Shown: in pieces, positions 62,642 through 64,000 of the stretch
Layout of the letters: the number at the start of each line of letters is the position of its first letter
Numbering within the stretch: position 1 is the stretch's first letter
NCBI GenBank assembly: GCA_022071945.1
Contig: JAJVIN010000002.1
Coordinates: forward strand, 104,941 to 168,940
Source of the DNA: Thermoanaerobaculia bacterium
GTDB taxonomy: Bacteria > Acidobacteriota > Thermoanaerobaculia > UBA5066
Reading direction: 5' to 3'
Length of the DNA: 64,000 nucleotides
Translations under genes and position numbers: made by a program
The notes under the pieces: generated by a model
Database searches by the model: none
Told to the model about the DNA's origin: nothing
What the model saw: the letters and a program-made list of their open reading frames with translations, nothing else

Positions 62642-64000
62642 CCGTTCCTCCCTTCCGCCGCCGCCGCGATGAGCTTCGCTTCCGCCTCCTCGGGCGAGAA
62701 GATCGAGTCATAGGCGGAAGCCGGCGAGATGACCGCCGGGTAGCCGGCCACCGCCCTCGATTCCCGCTCGGCATCGGCATAGAGCGGGATCTCCTTCTTC
62801 AAGAGCTCGAAGACGTCCCCGGCCGTCCAGCGGGTGTCGAAGACGCCCCATCGCTTGCCAAGGTGCAGGAGTACTTCCATGTCGGTGCGAACGACGGGTG
62901 GCGGGACGATCGCGATCGAGAACGCCTGGATACGCCGCTGGGAGTTGACGAAGGTTCCTTCCTTCCCGCTGAGGGAAGCCACGGGCAGGACGACGTCCGC
63001 GACCTCGGTCAGGGCGTTCTTCGTCCGGGCGTGGACGGCGACGAAGCCAGCCTTTCTCGCGGCCTGAACGAACGCGGGATCACTGGCCTTCTTGGCGAAA
63101 GCGGCGTCCGCGACGTAGAGCACGGCTGGCGTGAACTTGCCGCTCGAGAGCTTCTCGAGAGCCGAATCAGAGAGCGCTCTCGTCACCCCGGCCGCGACGG
63201 CGCCCCTCGAGTTGGGCGCGGATTCGAGACCCTTCAGCCAGCCCTCCTGGTTCCCTTCGGCCTTGGGATTCTTGATCCGGCGGAGGGCGCCGTTGTCGAC
63301 GACGAACTCGACGTTGGGAACGCCGAGTCTCGTCCGAAACAGGCTGTTGAGAAGGTAGTTCTCCTCGGTCGACAGGTTGGCGGACCCGATGACGAGGATC
63401 GACGCGGCCCCCTTGGCCTTGATGGCCTCGTCGACCGCCTTCTGGATCCGCTCGAGCGCATCTCCCCAGTTGGTCTCCTTCGTGCTGCCGCCGTCCTTGA
63501 CCACCGGGCGAGTGAAGTCCTGCGCGTTGAGCTCCTCGGCGCGGAACCGGCCGTAGTCGCACATCCAGTAGTCGTTGACGTCGGGGTTCGGACGCGGCAG
63601 GAACCGGAAGACCTGCCGGTCCCGGTGCTCGATCGAGATGTTGCAGCCGATCTCGCAGCCCGTGCAGACCGAGCGGGCCTTGTCGAGCCACCAGACGCGC
63701 TTCCTGAACCGGAAGTCCTTCGTGGTCAGGGCGCCAACGGGGCAGACGTCGGCGGTACACGCGGACCACTCGTTGTCGAGAACCTTCCCCTCGTGCGTCC
63801 AGACGATCGTGTGGCCGCCGCGCTCGATGAAGGTCAGCTCGCCGGTTCCGGCGATCTCGGCGCAGAACCGGATGCAGCGGGTGCACTGGATGCAGCGCGT
63901 CATGTCGGCGATGACGTGGGGGCCAATTCCTGTCCGGTCGTAGCCCGGATACTGGCGGCGCGGCTCGCTCGTGCGGGAGACGGGCAACCCGGCCGCAAAC
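62638..64000 (-). CDS. nuoG: NADH-quinone oxidoreductase subunit G (C-terminal ~450 aa; 5' end beyond window)
   Basis: CIQCTRCIRFC and CPVGAL iron-sulfur motifs, then a molybdopterin-oxidoreductase-like domain. The N-terminal 2Fe-2S part is missing, so the gene continues past 64000. Stop overlaps the nuoH start. Confidence 0.85.
   Translation of the reverse strand, partial: FAAGLPVSRTSEPRRQYPGYDRTGIGPHVIADMTRCIQCTRCIRFCAEIAGTGELTFIERGGHTIVWTHEGKVLDNEWSACTADVCPVGALTTKDFRFRKRVWWLDKARSVCTGCEIGCNISIEHRDRQVFRFLPRPNPDVNDYWMCDYGRFRAEELNAQDFTRPVVKDGGSTKETNWGDALERIQKAVDEAIKAKGAASILVIGSANLSTEENYLLNSLFRTRLGVPNVEFVVDNGALRRIKNPKAEGNQEGWLKGLESAPNSRGAVAAGVTRALSDSALEKLSSGKFTPAVLYVADAAFAKKASDPAFVQAARKAGFVAVHARTKNALTEVADVVLPVASLSGKEGTFVNSQRRIQAFSIAIVPPPVVRTDMEVLLHLGKRWGVFDTRWTAGDVFELLKKEIPLYADAERESRAVAGYPAVISPASAYDSIFSPEEAEAKLIAAAAEGRNG

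Overview
High-GC, densely coding bacterial chromosomal window. Taxon cannot be assigned from sequence alone. Gene content (many Hanks-type kinases, TPR proteins, multiheme cytochromes) resembles Acidobacteriota or deltaproteobacteria-like genomes; this is inference. About 50 protein genes can be supported; no rRNA, tRNA or CRISPR was seen. The dominant theme is respiratory and extracellular electron transfer. (i) An mtrC-mtrA-mtrB-type porin-cytochrome cluster lies at 18.1-23.1 kb. (ii) A System I cytochrome c maturation operon ccmABCDEF lies at 25.6-30.6 kb, with an unusual Cys-type CcmE. (iii) A second, differently organised porin-cytochrome cluster (barrel, MtrA-like decaheme, unrelated 8-site cytochrome) lies at 50.6-55.3 kb, followed on the same strand by a CusRS-like two-component system. 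(iv) The distal part of a nuo (complex I) operon, nuoG-H-J-K-L-M-N, lies at 55.6-64.0 kb, with no nuoI between nuoH and nuoJ. The second cytochrome cluster, the two-component system and a compositionally atypical Ser/Thr kinase sit in a ~10.5 kb segment. This segment is bounded by an imperfect ~115-bp direct repeat that duplicates the nuoN 3' end plus its terminator hairpin, which I read as a likely old integrated island. Other content: five Hanks-type Ser/Thr kinases, one fused to a receiver domain and two with the kinase domain at the C-terminus. There is also a c-di-GMP signalling operon and housekeeping genes (proC, hom, SOD, FKBP, M48 protease). A striking 17-bp x ~7.7 tandem palindromic array lies in a divergent promoter region next to a CDF metal exporter. 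Many long ORFs in the track are antisense or off-frame artefacts of high GC and were rejected.
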